From NCBI GenBank assembly GCA_963851265.1, contig CAWKNZ010000002.1:128001-192000 (forward strand): a stretch of 64,000 nt of DNA. Reading direction: 5' to 3'. This DNA is from an uncultured Gemmatimonadales bacterium (GTDB taxonomy: Bacteria; Gemmatimonadota; Gemmatimonadetes; Gemmatimonadales; Gemmatimonadaceae). How positions within the stretch are numbered: position 1 is the first letter of the stretch; each line of letters begins with the position of its first letter. This document shows, one piece after another, positions 1 to 10,484 of the stretch. The notes under the pieces were generated by a model, which did no database searches, was not told the DNA's origin, and was given only the letters and a program-made list of their open reading frames with translations. The position numbers and the translations under genes are program-made.

Positions 1-254
1 GGGTAGCGGAAGGGCAGCCGGACGTTCCGCATGCGCGGTGCACTATCACTACCCGCGCCGGGCACACTCGTTGCGCCCACAACGGACGCTCGCGGCGGAA
101 CTGAATCGGGGTGCGCGCGAGTTGACGGGTTTACTTTTCGCGCGTTTAACGTTGACACACGCGCTCCCGGCGTGCTGTCGGTCCACGATCGCTCCGCGTC
201 GCCGCGTCCACAGGCCCCGAGCACGAGCAGATTCGCGAGCACGGCGACGCGCAT
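1..254 (-). CDS. Putative lipoprotein, N-terminal part (runs off the left edge)
   Basis: Manual translation from ATG 254: MRVAVLANLLVLGAC-GRG..., open to base 1; lipobox LGAC; divergent from the next gene. Confidence 0.45.
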   Translation of the reverse strand, partial: MRVAVLANLLVLGACGRGDAERSWTDSTPGARVSTLNARKVNPSTRAHPDSVPPRASVVGATSVPGAGSDSAPRMRNVRLPFRY

Positions 255-335
255 AGATGTTGTAATGTAGCGTTCTCTACGATTCAGGCCCGGCGCATCC
301 GCGGCGGACCACCCCTCCTGGAGTTGCTCCACACG

Positions 336-2312
336 ATGCCAGTGATTCGTTCCGGTCGTTTCGCCGGTCGTGGCGCCCGCGCCCGCGCCTCCTTCGTCAC
401 GGCGGCCCTCGCCGGCGTCACGGCCGTCCTGGCCGCCGCGTGCAGCGATTCGACGACGGGCACCACGCCCGTCAAGCAGACCAACTGCGCCAGCTACAGC
501 TGCACCGTGACGGCCGCGGCTGCGGTCGGCGATACGGTGCTGCTCAACGTGCGCGTGCCCGGCGGGGCGGCGCTCGACAACGTCGGAGTGGGCACGGGCG
601 CGTGCGACGCGCCCAACCTCATCAAGTCGCGCGTGGCTGCGGTCTCCAACCGCGCGGTGATCGTCCTCGACACCCGCAACCCGGCCAACGGGCTCACCGA
701 CGCGTACTACTCGAGCATCGCGCAGACGTTCGACACGCTCGTCTACCCGGTCGACGTCCGCCACTTCGGCGCACCCTCGGCCGACATCGACCACAACGGC
801 CGCGTCGTCATCTTCTACACGCGCGCGGTCAACGGCCTGACGCCGGCCAATTCGGGTTCGTACGTCGGCGGCTTCTTCTACAGTCGCGACCTCTTCCCGA
901 CGGCGTCGACGGCGGGCTTCCAGGGGTGCTCGGGCAGCAACGCGTCGGAGATGTTCTACCTGCTCGCCCCCGACCCGTCCGGCACGATCAACGGCAACGT
1001 TCGCGACACGGCGTTCATCCGCCGCGTCACGATCGGGACGATGGCGCACGAGTTCCAGCACCTGATCAGCGCCGAGCGCCGGCTGTACGTGCTCGGCACG
1101 GCCAACTATGACGAAGAAGTGTGGCTCAACGAGGGCATGAGCCACGTGGCGGAAGAGCTGAACTTCTACCAGGCGGCCAGGCTCTCGCCCGCCGGTCAGC
1201 CCGGGCAGTCGCCGCGGTCGCGCCTGACGGCCGCGACCATCCGCAACGCCAACGCCCTCGGCGCGCTCAACAACTTCGGCTTCCAGAACCTCGCCCGATT
1301 CAGCTACTACCTCGCCTCCCCGGACCGCTACTCGCCGTACACGCAGAACGATTCGCTCGAGACACGCGGCGCGACGTGGAGCTTCCTGCGGTACACGTTC
1401 GACCGCGCGGGCGGCACGGATAGCGCGCTCACCTACCCGCTCGTCAACAGCGCCGACACGGGGCTCGTGAACCTGCAAACGGTGATCGCCAGCCAGGGCG
1501 GCACGAGTGCGGGCGTACCGCTCGCGACCTGGTTCCGCGACTGGGCCGTCGCCAACTACGCCGACGGTCTCACGACCCCGCCGAGCCAGTACACGCAGCC
1601 GAGCTGGGTCTTCCGGGACGTGCTGACGCAGTTCCAGCTCACGAACGGCACGTATTTCAACGGCGGCGTCTATCCGCTCAAGAGTGCGGCGCTCACGAAC
1701 GGGTCGGCGCAGACTGCGGCGCTCATCGGCGGCGGGGCGGCGTACTACGTGTTCTCGGTGCCGCCGGGCACCACCTCGACCGTGAGCGCGACGGCCGGAG
1801 GGAATACCTCCCTGCCCAGCACGGTGCGCCTCGCGCTCGTGCAGAGCTCGGGTCCCAACGCGGGCACGGTCACGACGGTCGACGGCCCCGGGAACGGGCC
1901 CGGAACGGTGTCGGTGTCCAACACGTCGGGCGCGGCGATCCAGGCCGGGCTGGTCGTCTTCAACGCGACCCAGCCCGCCCCGCCGGGGCAGCTGCTCACG
2001 GTGACGGTGACCGCGACGAGCATCGCGGCTCCGGTGGCCGGCCTGACGGCATCGTCGGGCGTGGTCGGCCCCACGGTGCGCGCGCTCGCCGCCTCGCAGG
2101 AGCCGGTGATGAGCGACGCCGCGGTCATGCGCCAGCTGCGCGCGTCGTCGCGCGCCGTGCTCGCCCCGCAAGCGATGGCCGCGCGCGCGGTCTACCTCGC
2201 CGCGCGGCGGAGTGGCGACTTCAGCGCCTGGTCGCGCCAGCGCTACGTGCCCGGCTCGGTCAAGGGCGCGGTGGTGCCGGTCGGCGTGGGCACGCCGGCG
2301 TCGCTCCACTAG
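336..2312 (+). CDS. Lipoprotein zinc metallopeptidase (M30/immune-inhibitor-like)
   Basis: Lipobox LAAAC; HEFQH zinc motif followed by WLNEGMSHVAEE; GGAG upstream of ATG 336. Confidence 0.75.
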   Translation: MPVIRSGRFAGRGARARASFVTAALAGVTAVLAAACSDSTTGTTPVKQTNCASYSCTVTAAAAVGDTVLLNVRVPGGAALDNVGVGTGACDAPNLIKSRVAAVSNRAVIVLDTRNPANGLTDAYYSSIAQTFDTLVYPVDVRHFGAPSADIDHNGRVVIFYTRAVNGLTPANSGSYVGGFFYSRDLFPTASTAGFQGCSGSNASEMFYLLAPDPSGTINGNVRDTAFIRRVTIGTMAHEFQHLISAERRLYVLGTANYDEEVWLNEGMSHVAEELNFYQAARLSPAGQPGQSPRSRLTAATIRNANALGALNNFGFQNLARFSYYLASPDRYSPYTQNDSLETRGATWSFLRYTFDRAGGTDSALTYPLVNSADTGLVNLQTVIASQGGTSAGVPLATWFRDWAVANYADGLTTPPSQYTQPSWVFRDVLTQFQLTNGTYFNGGVYPLKSAALTNGSAQTAALIGGGAAYYVFSVPPGTTSTVSATAGGNTSLPSTVRLALVQSSGPNAGTVTTVDGPGNGPGTVSVSNTSGAAIQAGLVVFNATQPAPPGQLLTVTVTATSIAAPVAGLTASSGVVGPTVRALAASQEPVMSDAAVMRQLRASSRAVLAPQAMAARAVYLAARRSGDFSAWSRQRYVPGSVKGAVVPVGVGTPASLH

Positions 2313-2352
2313 GCGGCGCTACTCCCGCACTGAGCGGCGGGACGGCCACGCA

Positions 2353-2387
2353 CGCGAAGGGGCGCCCACACCGGGCGCCCCTTCGCG
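2353..2387. terminator. Hairpin between convergent genes
   Basis: CGCGAAGGGGCGCCC-acacc-GGGCGCCCCTTCGCG, perfect 15-bp stem. Confidence 0.7.
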
Positions 2388-2392
2388 CATCG

Positions 2393-3208
2393 CTACCGCC
2401 GGTCCAGCCGGATCTCGAACAGCTTGGGCCAGAGCTTGCCGGTCACGTACAGCTTGTCGGCGACCGAGTCGTAGGCGATCCCGTTCAGCACGTCCTCGCG
2501 CCCGGTACGCTCGGTGACGGGAAGGATGCCGGCGAGGTCGACCCAGCCCGTGACCGCGCCCGTCTTGGGGTCGATGCGGACGATCTGATCGCTCTGCCAG
2601 ACGTTGGCGAAGAGCTCGCCCTTGACCCATTCGAGCTCGTTCACGAGCGAGATCGGTGACGCGCCGTCGTGCACGTCGAGCGTGCGGCGGACGGCGAAGG
2701 TCTTCGGGTCGAGGAAGCGCAGGCGCGCCGTGCTGTCGCTCATGATGAGCGACTCGCCGTCGGTGGTCATCCCCCACCCCTGGCCGGGGTACGTGAACGT
2801 CTGCGCGCGCGGCGTGAGCGTGGCGAGGTCGTAGGTGAACGCCTTGCCCGTCTTGTAGGTCAGCTGGTACAGCACGCCGTTGATAGCGGCGATCCCCTCG
2901 CCGAAGTACTGCGGCGGGAGCGCGTGCCGCAGCTCGACGTTGCCGGTGGCGAGGTCCACGCGGCGCACGTCGCTCTTCCCCTCGAGGCCGGTGCTCTCGT
3001 AGAGCTTGCCGTCCTTGATGAACAGCCCCTCCGTGAAGGCGGCGGGGTCGTGCGGGTAGGAGTGCACGACGGTGGCGACGTAGCTGACGGCGCCGGTAGC
3101 CGAGGCGGCGCTCGTCGCCTTCACGCTGTCGGGAGTGGGGGCGTTGTCGTTGCCGCGGCAGGACGCCGCGAGCAGGGCGGTGAGTGCGAGTGCGAACGGA
3201 CGAGTCAC
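2393..3208 (-). CDS. Glutaminyl-peptide cyclotransferase (plant-type glutaminyl cyclase), lipoprotein
   Basis: HDPAAFTEGL, GQGWGMT, NELEWV, VLNGIAYD motifs; lipobox LAASC; GTG start overlaps the mutS stop (GTGA). Confidence 0.9.
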   Translation of the reverse strand: MTRPFALALTALLAASCRGNDNAPTPDSVKATSAASATGAVSYVATVVHSYPHDPAAFTEGLFIKDGKLYESTGLEGKSDVRRVDLATGNVELRHALPPQYFGEGIAAINGVLYQLTYKTGKAFTYDLATLTPRAQTFTYPGQGWGMTTDGESLIMSDSTARLRFLDPKTFAVRRTLDVHDGASPISLVNELEWVKGELFANVWQSDQIVRIDPKTGAVTGWVDLAGILPVTERTGREDVLNGIAYDSVADKLYVTGKLWPKLFEIRLDRR

Positions 3209-6006
3209 GGGGCGGTGGCCTGGGCCTGCGCGGCGAGCCGCGCGACGAGTTCGAGCGCCTGCATCGGCGTGAGGTGGTTGGGGTCGACCGCGCGGAGCGC
3301 CTCGACGGCCGGGTGGGGCGCCGGCGCGGGGGCGAACAGCGGAAGTTGGTCCGCGGGGACGACCGGTGACACGCGTCGCGTGCGGTGACGGCCCTCCGCC
3401 GGCGCGTGCTGCTGCGCCTCGAGCGTCGCGAGCACCGCCTTCGCCCGCGCGATCACCGGGGCGGGGAGCCCCGCCAGCCGCCCTACTTCGATGCCGTACG
3501 ACCGGTCCGCCCCGCCCGGGACCAGCCGGTGCAGGAACAGCACGCGGTCCTCGGTCTCGCGCACGAGCACCGTCATGTTGCGCGCCGCGGCGAGGTCGTC
3601 GGCCAGCGCGACGAGTTCGTGGTAGTGCGTCGCGAACACCGTCTTGCAGCCGACGGCGTCGTGCAGGTGCTCGCTCACGCTCCACGCGATCGACACGCCG
3701 TCGTAGGTGCTGGTGCCGCGCCCGATCTCGTCGAGCAGCACGAGCGAGCGGCGCGTGGCGGCGGCGAGGATCGCGGCCGTCTCGGTCATCTCGACCATGA
3801 ACGTGCTCTGGCCGCGCACGAGGTTGTCGCTCGCCCCCACGCGCGTGAACAGCCGGTCGACCACGCCGACGGTCGCGCGCGACGCGGGGACGAAGCTGCC
3901 GACCTGCGCCATCAGCACGATGAGCCCGGTCTGCCGCAGCACGGTGCTCTTGCCGGCCATGTTGGGCCCGGTGAGCACGACGAGCCTCGAGTCTTCCGTC
4001 AGCTGCAGGTCGTTGGGGATGAAGCGCTCGCGCGGCATCATCCGCTCGACCACGGGGTGCCGGCCGCCGACGATGTCGAGGTCGAACCCGTTGGTGACCG
4101 CGGGGCGCACGTACCCCTCCCGCTCCGCCACCTCGGCGAGCGCGGCCAGCACGTCGAGCTCGGCCAGGCGCGCGGCCGCGCGCTGCAGCGGGCCGATGGC
4201 CGCGCCCACGCGCGCGCGCAGCGCGTCGCACACCGCGCGCTCGCGCGCCTCGATCGTTTCGGCCGCGCCCAACACCGCGGCCTCGTGCTCCTTGAGCGCG
4301 GGGGTGACGTAGCGCTCCGCGCCGGCCAGCGTCTGCCGGCGCTGGAAGTCGGCGGGGACGAGGTGGCGGTGCGCGTTGGTCACTTCGAGGAAGTAGCCGA
4401 ACACGCGGTTGAAGCCCACCTTGAGCGACGGGATCCCGGTGCGCGCGCGCTCGTCGCTCTGGATGGCCGCGATCGCGTCGCGCCCGCCGTCGCGCAGCGT
4501 GCGCGCGCGGTCGAGCGCGGCGTCCACGCCGTCGGCCACGGTCGGCTCGTCGCCGAGCTGCAGCGGGGGGCGCGCGACGAGCGCCGCGGTGAGTGCCGCG
4601 GCGAGCTCGGCCGCCGCGCCCATTTCGTCCCACTCTGCACCGATCTCGGCGAGCCTCCCGCCGCCGACCGCCTCGGCGACGTCGGCGCGCACGCGAGCGA
4701 GCGCGTCGCGCACGTCGGGCATCCGCGCGAGCGAGTCGCCCAGCAGGCGCAGCTCGCGCGGCGTGGCGCGGTTGGCGGCGGCCTTGCCGGCCAGGCGCTC
4801 CACGTCGCGCACCCCGTCGAGCGCCTCGCGCAGCGCGCCGCGCGCGAGCGGGGCGGCGGCGAACGCGGCCACCGCGTCGAGCCGCGCCTCGATGGCCGCG
4901 ACGTCGACGAGCGGCGCGAGCAGCCAGCGTCGCAGCAGCCGCGCGCCCATCGGCGTCGCCGTCCGATCGAGCACCGCGACCAGGGTGTCGGCCTCGCCCG
5001 CGTCGTCCGCGGAGCGCGGGCGCAGCGACTCGACGAGTTCGAGGTTGCGGCGCGTCATCTCGTCGAGCGGCATGGCCCCGCCCGCGCGCTCCACGGTGGG
5101 GCGCGCGAGGTGCGGGAGGCCGCCCGGCTGCAACTCGCGCAGGTAGCGCAGCAGCGCGCCCGCGACGCCGACGAGCGTCTGGTCGCCGTCCGCCCCCAGG
5201 CCGAGCGCGTCGACGCCGACGTCGTACTGGCGCCGCAGCTCGTCGGCGCCGAGCGCGGGGTCGAACTCCCACGCGTCGCGCTCGGTGCGGAGCGGCGGGG
5301 CGCCCTGGTCGGCCCACGCCATGACGCGCTCCGCGCCGTCGTCCGGGACGCCGTTAGGCACGGACCCGGCGGCGCCGCGGGCGCGCTCGTCGCGCGCGAC
5401 GACCAGCTCGCGCGGGGCGTAGCGGGCGAAGAGCGCGTCGCCGTCGGCCGCGGGCGCGGTCGCGAGGCGCAACTCGCCCGTCGACAGGTCGGCGGCGGCG
5501 AGGACGAGGCGCTCGACGCCCGCGGCCCGGTCCACGCGCGCGGCCGCGACGAAGGTGTTGCGCGACGCGTCGAGCAACTCGTCGGCGAACGCGGCGCCGG
5601 GCGTGACGGTCTCGACGACCTCGCGGCGCACGACGCCCTTGGCGAGCTTCGGGTCCTCGACCTGCTCGCACACCGCGACGCGGAACCCTCGCGCGACGAG
5701 CCGCCGCACGTACTCGCCGCACGCCCGCACGGGCACGCCCGCGAGCGGCACGTCGGCCGCGCCGCCGTTGTTGCGCGCCGTGAGCGTGAGGCCGAGCACG
5801 CGCGCGGCGACCTCGGCGTCGCCGTAGAACATCTCGTAGAAGTCGCCCATCCGGAAGAACACGATCGCGTCCGGGTGGCGCGCCTTGATGTCCAGGTACT
5901 GCTGCATCGCCGGCGTCGCGGCCGCGTCGGGAGCGGTGGGCCTGACGTCGTGAGGCGCCGTGGCCGGCGGCGAGGCGGCTGTCCGCGGCGCGGCCGGGGC
6001 GGTCAC
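3205..6006 (-). CDS. mutS: DNA mismatch repair protein MutS
   Basis: TPAMQQY, FFRMGDFYEMF, Walker A TGPNMAGKST, LDEIGRGTST, FATHYHEL; start uncertain (GTG 6006 follows GAGG). Confidence 0.97.
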   Translation of the reverse strand: MTAPAAPRTAASPPATAPHDVRPTAPDAAATPAMQQYLDIKARHPDAIVFFRMGDFYEMFYGDAEVAARVLGLTLTARNNGGAADVPLAGVPVRACGEYVRRLVARGFRVAVCEQVEDPKLAKGVVRREVVETVTPGAAFADELLDASRNTFVAAARVDRAAGVERLVLAAADLSTGELRLATAPAADGDALFARYAPRELVVARDERARGAAGSVPNGVPDDGAERVMAWADQGAPPLRTERDAWEFDPALGADELRRQYDVGVDALGLGADGDQTLVGVAGALLRYLRELQPGGLPHLARPTVERAGGAMPLDEMTRRNLELVESLRPRSADDAGEADTLVAVLDRTATPMGARLLRRWLLAPLVDVAAIEARLDAVAAFAAAPLARGALREALDGVRDVERLAGKAAANRATPRELRLLGDSLARMPDVRDALARVRADVAEAVGGGRLAEIGAEWDEMGAAAELAAALTAALVARPPLQLGDEPTVADGVDAALDRARTLRDGGRDAIAAIQSDERARTGIPSLKVGFNRVFGYFLEVTNAHRHLVPADFQRRQTLAGAERYVTPALKEHEAAVLGAAETIEARERAVCDALRARVGAAIGPLQRAAARLAELDVLAALAEVAEREGYVRPAVTNGFDLDIVGGRHPVVERMMPRERFIPNDLQLTEDSRLVVLTGPNMAGKSTVLRQTGLIVLMAQVGSFVPASRATVGVVDRLFTRVGASDNLVRGQSTFMVEMTETAAILAAATRRSLVLLDEIGRGTSTYDGVSIAWSVSEHLHDAVGCKTVFATHYHELVALADDLAAARNMTVLVRETEDRVLFLHRLVPGGADRSYGIEVGRLAGLPAPVIARAKAVLATLEAQQHAPAEGRHRTRRVSPVVPADQLPLFAPAPAPHPAVEALRAVDPNHLTPMQALELVARLAAQAQATAP

Positions 6007-6013
6007 CCGCGCC

Positions 6014-7501
6014 TCATGGGCGCCGCGCGGGCGCGCCGTTCGGCGGCTCGGCCGCCTCGCCGCCCGCGTCGGTGACGAAGCCGGCAAGGCCCTGCCCGGC
6101 GAACGTCACGCGCGCGGCCGCGGCCGCGGCGCGCGTGGGATAGCGCCCGATCTTCACGCGGAATGGCGCCACACTCCCCGTCGCGCGCGCGTCGAGCCCG
6201 CGGCCGCGCAGCCGCGCCGCGAGCGACTCGGCGGGGTCGCGCTGGTTGTACGCGGCGACCTGCACCGCGAAGTTGCCGCGCGCCTCCGCCCGCGCCGCCG
6301 GCGCGGGCGCCGCACTTGCCGCACCCGGCAGCACGGCCGGGGGTGCGCCGGTGGGCGCGGGCTTGGGCGCGGGCTTCGGCTCGGCAACGGGCGCGACCGT
6401 CGACGACACGCCGGCGGATGACACGCTCGACGACGATGCGTTCGTCGTCGACGCGCTCGCCGTCGACGCGCTCGCCGCGGAGCGCACGGGAGGCGCGGGC
6501 GCGGCGGCCGGCGGCGCGGTCCGCCGGACCTCGGCGGTGGCGTTGCGGCGCCGCAGCTCCGCCGCCTCGATGCTGTCGATCCGCGCCGCCGCGCCGAACG
6601 TGGACGCGGACGCCGGGGCGGACATCGGTGCGCTGCGCGAGGTCGCCGCCGTCGTCGCCGCCGTCGGAGCTGGCGACACGGTGGGCGTCGCGTTTGGCGG
6701 CACGGCCGCTCGCGGTGGCGCCTCGGCCACGGTCTGCGGCGTGGGCTGCGGCACCGGCTGCGCCGCGGCGCGCGTGGCCGGCGGCGCCGACCCGCGCGGG
6801 GCCGGCGACATCACCGAAACCACCGACGCCGGATCGCACGCGGGCAGCCGGCCGCGCAACTCGGCCACCTGCTGGCGCGTGAACGTTTCGCTGCTGCGCG
6901 CCCACGTCGCCGCGTCGGCCAGCGCGGTGCACCCGCCGCGCGTGTCGCCCAGCTCCAGGCGCGCGCGCGCGAGCCAGTACGCGGCCTGCGCCCGCGCGGG
7001 ATCGTCGGGGCGCTCGCGCACGAGCCGCGCGAGCGTGGGCTCGGCCATGTCCGGCCGGTCGCGCGAGATGTCGAGCTGCGCGATCCGCACGGTCGCGTCA
7101 CCCACGCGCGGCGAGTTGGTGAACTCGTCGATGATCCGCCGCAGGTCCGCCTCGGCCCGCGCGCCGTCGGCGCTCAGCGACGCGCGCCACCAGAGCGCCT
7201 CGGCCAGCGCCGGCGATCCGGGGGGAGACGCCGCGACGAGCGAGTCGGCCACCGCGCGGCCGAGCGCGCCCTGGCCCTGCTCGACGAGTCGTCGCGCGCG
7301 TTCGTAGGGGCCGACCGCGGGGCCGGACGTCGTCAGCGGCGGCGGCGGGACGCGCTGTGCGACCGCGAGCGGCGGGGCAGCGACGCCGACAGCACACGCG
7401 GCCAGCACGCGGGCGATCCGCGGTGAACGGGCAGTCCAGAGAGGCACGGCTCGGCTCGGGGCGGATCGATGGATGGAACGAAGGGCGACGGCGGGCTGCA
7501 C
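6014..7501 (-). CDS. Exported TPR-like + SPOR-domain protein
   Basis: Signal peptide ending AVA-Q; helical TPR-like region; long P/A/S linker; C-terminal FAVQVAAY...FRVKIGRY SPOR motif. Confidence 0.8.
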   Translation of the reverse strand: MQPAVALRSIHRSAPSRAVPLWTARSPRIARVLAACAVGVAAPPLAVAQRVPPPPLTTSGPAVGPYERARRLVEQGQGALGRAVADSLVAASPPGSPALAEALWWRASLSADGARAEADLRRIIDEFTNSPRVGDATVRIAQLDISRDRPDMAEPTLARLVRERPDDPARAQAAYWLARARLELGDTRGGCTALADAATWARSSETFTRQQVAELRGRLPACDPASVVSVMSPAPRGSAPPATRAAAQPVPQPTPQTVAEAPPRAAVPPNATPTVSPAPTAATTAATSRSAPMSAPASASTFGAAARIDSIEAAELRRRNATAEVRRTAPPAAAPAPPVRSAASASTASASTTNASSSSVSSAGVSSTVAPVAEPKPAPKPAPTGAPPAVLPGAASAAPAPAARAEARGNFAVQVAAYNQRDPAESLAARLRGRGLDARATGSVAPFRVKIGRYPTRAAAAAARVTFAGQGLAGFVTDAGGEAAEPPNGAPARRP

Positions 7502-7531
7502 CTCGGGAAGATACCCCGTCCCCGCCGTTCG

Positions 7532-8653
7532 TCAGCGCCCCAGAGTCCGCCGCTCCTGCGGTAGCGCGCAGATGCCGAGCACGAGCGTCGTGAGCAGCTG
7601 CGCGTCCGACGACACGCCGGTCTCCTTGAGCGCCACGTCGGCGTGCAGCAGCTGCTCGAGCGCGCGGTCGAGCGCGGGCGCGGTCCACCGGTCCACCGCC
7701 CCCGTCCACGCGCGCACCGCCTCGCCCCACGGACGGCCCGTGTACGCGTTGCCCAGCTCCTTGAGCAGGGTCATGTAGCCGTCAGGCCCGTTGCCGGCGA
7801 GCGCCGCGGTGCTCACGCCGCGCGCGCGACGCGCTTCGCCCCAGGCGAGGGCGAGCGTCTGCGTGGCGAGCGCCATCACCGCGGTCACCGCACTGCTCTT
7901 GGGGAGCGAGAGGACGTGCTGCACGAGCGCGCCCGCGGTGCGCGCGTCCTGGCGGGCGACGGCGTCGAGCAGGTCGGCGAGCGTTTCGCCGCGGCGCACG
8001 CCGACGATCGCCGTCACCGCGTCCTCGTCGATCGTGAGGGCGTCGGGGGAGCGGCCCTGCGCGTAGCTCGCGAGCTTGTCGAGCTCGGCGGCCAATTGGG
8101 GGAGGTCGTTGCCGACGGCCTCCTGCAACAGGCGCGCGGCCTCGGGGGTGATGCGTGCGCCGAGCGTCGTGCTGGTGTGGTGGGCGATCCAGCGCAGCAA
8201 CCGGTCCTCGCGCAGCGGGGCGAACTCGTAGGCCGCCGCGCCGGCGCGGCCGAGCAGCACGCGATCGACCTTGGCCCCCGCGGGCGCGACGAGCAGGAGG
8301 ACCGTGTCGGACGCCGGCCGCTCGAGGTAGCGGTCGAGCGCCGCCCGCGCGTCCTTCTTGAGCGCCCCCGGGTCGCGCAGCACCACCGCGCGCCGCTCGG
8401 CCATCATCGGCGGAGTGCCGAGGAGGGAGCCGAGCGCGCCGGCGTCGGCTTCCGCGCCCCGGACGGTCTCGAAGTTGAAGTCGCGCGTGGACGGGTCGAT
8501 CGCAGCCGCGAGGATCTGGCGCACCGCGTCGTCCTTCTGGTACTCGTCGTCGCCGTACAGGTAGTAAACCGGCGCGAAGGCGGCCGCGGCGAGCGCCGTG
8601 TTGAGAGACTTGTGGGCGGTGGAGGGGGCCATCGCGGCCGCGGGAGCTGGCAT
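7532..8653 (-). CDS. holA: DNA polymerase III delta subunit
   Basis: PVYYLYGDDEY, TPPMMAERRAVV, AELDKL, ADVALK features of HolA. Confidence 0.9.
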   Translation of the reverse strand: MPAPAAAMAPSTAHKSLNTALAAAAFAPVYYLYGDDEYQKDDAVRQILAAAIDPSTRDFNFETVRGAEADAGALGSLLGTPPMMAERRAVVLRDPGALKKDARAALDRYLERPASDTVLLLVAPAGAKVDRVLLGRAGAAAYEFAPLREDRLLRWIAHHTSTTLGARITPEAARLLQEAVGNDLPQLAAELDKLASYAQGRSPDALTIDEDAVTAIVGVRRGETLADLLDAVARQDARTAGALVQHVLSLPKSSAVTAVMALATQTLALAWGEARRARGVSTAALAGNGPDGYMTLLKELGNAYTGRPWGEAVRAWTGAVDRWTAPALDRALEQLLHADVALKETGVSSDAQLLTTLVLGICALPQERRTLGR

Positions 8654-8763
8654 GCCGAGAAGATACCGGGGCGTGGGGGCGCGCCCGAAAGGCGGTGCCG
8701 CCGTCGTGCTCTCGCCGGCGCCCGCTCTCGCGCCCTCGCCCGCTCTCGCGCCCGCGAACCGCC

Positions 8764-10431
8764 CTACCGCAGCGCCGCCCGGAGGACCACGCCGTCGAGC
8801 GGCTCGGTCGGCTGCACGCCCAACGCCGCGGCGAGCGTGGGCGCCATGTCCACGACCCGCGTGAACGCGGGGTACTGTCCCGGCCGGAACGCGCGCCCCC
8901 AGAACAGCACGGGCACGTGGGTGTCGTCGTTGTTAGGCGATCCGTGCGTCGCGGAACTCGTCCCGCCCCAGTAGTAGAACGGCGCGAGCGAGACGAACGC
9001 CGCGCCCGCCGCGTCGTCGGGCATCATGTGGAGCCAGCGGCGCGCGTAGACGTCGCCCGACACGGCGCGCGGCGCGAGGTCGCGCCGCAGCAGCACGCTC
9101 GCCACGCCCGGCACGCGCCGCAGCCCGGCGGCCATCGCGGCGACGGTGCTGTCGGCGCTCACCCCGGCGCGGGCGAGCGCCGCGGTGTCGAGGGTGAGCA
9201 TCCCGCTCTCGAACTCGAACCCGCCGCCCGCGACCCCGCGCGCGCCGAGGGCCGCGCGCGCGCTGGCGAACACCGGCCCGACCTCGGCGTAGCCGTGCCG
9301 CGGCGCGTTGGGCACCGACAGCGACGGGTACGGCTGCATGCCGTGGTCGGCGGTGAGCGCGACCACCACCCGCGCCGAGTCGCGCAGCGTGAACAGCGTG
9401 TCGAGGAATGCGCCGAGCGAGCGGTCGAGCCGCAGGATCTGGTCGTGCATCTCGCGCGAGTTCATGCCGTAGCGGTGCCCGACGGCGTCGGTGGTCGAGA
9501 GCGACACGGCGAGCACGTCGGTCGCGGGGCCCGCGCCTAACTGCATCGCGCGCACGCCGGCGAGCGCGAACCCGAGCGTCGCCTCGTCCATGAACGGGAA
9601 GTCGGCGACCTCGCGCGCGGCGACGGCCGGGTCGGCCGAGAGCGCGTGCGGGAAGGTGTAGTCGGCGCCGCCGTTCTCGACCGGCACCGAGTCCGGCTCG
9701 GTCTCGATCGCGGGCGCGATCGGCGTCCACGCGCGCCCGGCGTAGCGGGTCGCGACCGCGCCCGGCGCGGCGGGCGCCGCGCCCGCCGTGTCGCCGTCGA
9801 AGCGGCGGACCCAGGCGGGAAGCGTGTCGGCATAGTAGCGGCTGGTCACGAATCGGCCGTTGCCGCCGTACCAGAACACCGCCTGGCGCGAACGCCCGAC
9901 GGGGAAGATCGCGCCGCGGTCCTTGCGCGAGACCGACAGCGCGCGCGACCGCGGGTCGGCGCCGTGCAGCCAGTCGACGAGCGTGGTGCCCCGGAAGCGC
10001 ACCGGCGAGGCCGGCCCGGTGAGGCCGCCGGCCAGCAGCGGCGCCTGCGGATCCTGCACGCCCGCCGCGTTGCGGATGATCCCCGTGTGCGAAGGAAAGC
10101 GGCCGCTCATCGTCGACGCGTGCCCGGGCGCGGTCTCGGTGATCGCGTGATCCTGGTGCGCGTTGGTGAACAGCGCGCCGCCGTCGCGCAGCCGCTTGAG
10201 GCCTCCGGTGAGCCCCGACCCGAAGCGCGTGGTGAGGTAGTCCTCGCGCATCTGGTCGACGGTCAGGAACACGACGAGCGTCGGGCGCGACGACGCGGAC
10301 CCTGGTGCCGCGGGCGCAGGTTGGGCGGGGAGGCAGCGAAGCACCGGCGCCGCGAGGAGCAGGGCGAGCAGCGGGGTGACGAGCGACGCGACGAGCGGCG
10401 CCGCGCGATGAAGGCGAAGCGAACGGGTCAT
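8764..10431 (-). CDS. Alkaline phosphatase family protein (PafA/NPP-like)
   Basis: VDQMR, TETAPGHA (Thr nucleophile), DAVGH, TADHG, THGSP; signal peptide. Confidence 0.9.
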   Translation of the reverse strand: MTRSLRLHRAAPLVASLVTPLLALLLAAPVLRCLPAQPAPAAPGSASSRPTLVVFLTVDQMREDYLTTRFGSGLTGGLKRLRDGGALFTNAHQDHAITETAPGHASTMSGRFPSHTGIIRNAAGVQDPQAPLLAGGLTGPASPVRFRGTTLVDWLHGADPRSRALSVSRKDRGAIFPVGRSRQAVFWYGGNGRFVTSRYYADTLPAWVRRFDGDTAGAAPAAPGAVATRYAGRAWTPIAPAIETEPDSVPVENGGADYTFPHALSADPAVAAREVADFPFMDEATLGFALAGVRAMQLGAGPATDVLAVSLSTTDAVGHRYGMNSREMHDQILRLDRSLGAFLDTLFTLRDSARVVVALTADHGMQPYPSLSVPNAPRHGYAEVGPVFASARAALGARGVAGGGFEFESGMLTLDTAALARAGVSADSTVAAMAAGLRRVPGVASVLLRRDLAPRAVSGDVYARRWLHMMPDDAAGAAFVSLAPFYYWGGTSSATHGSPNNDDTHVPVLFWGRAFRPGQYPAFTRVVDMAPTLAAALGVQPTEPLDGVVLRAALR

Positions 10432-10484
10432 GACACGGGCGGGGAAGGCGGAACGGCGGACCTGCGCAGTGTATCCCGCGCCGG

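Noticed and set aside
2393..5317. Apparent giant ORFs 2393-5317, 18205-20556, 36085-38754, 39187-41982 and 59573-61630
   Set aside because: Only the C-terminal parts are real genes; the upstream parts are alternate frames of the preceding gene, with true starts at stop/start overlaps or just downstream.
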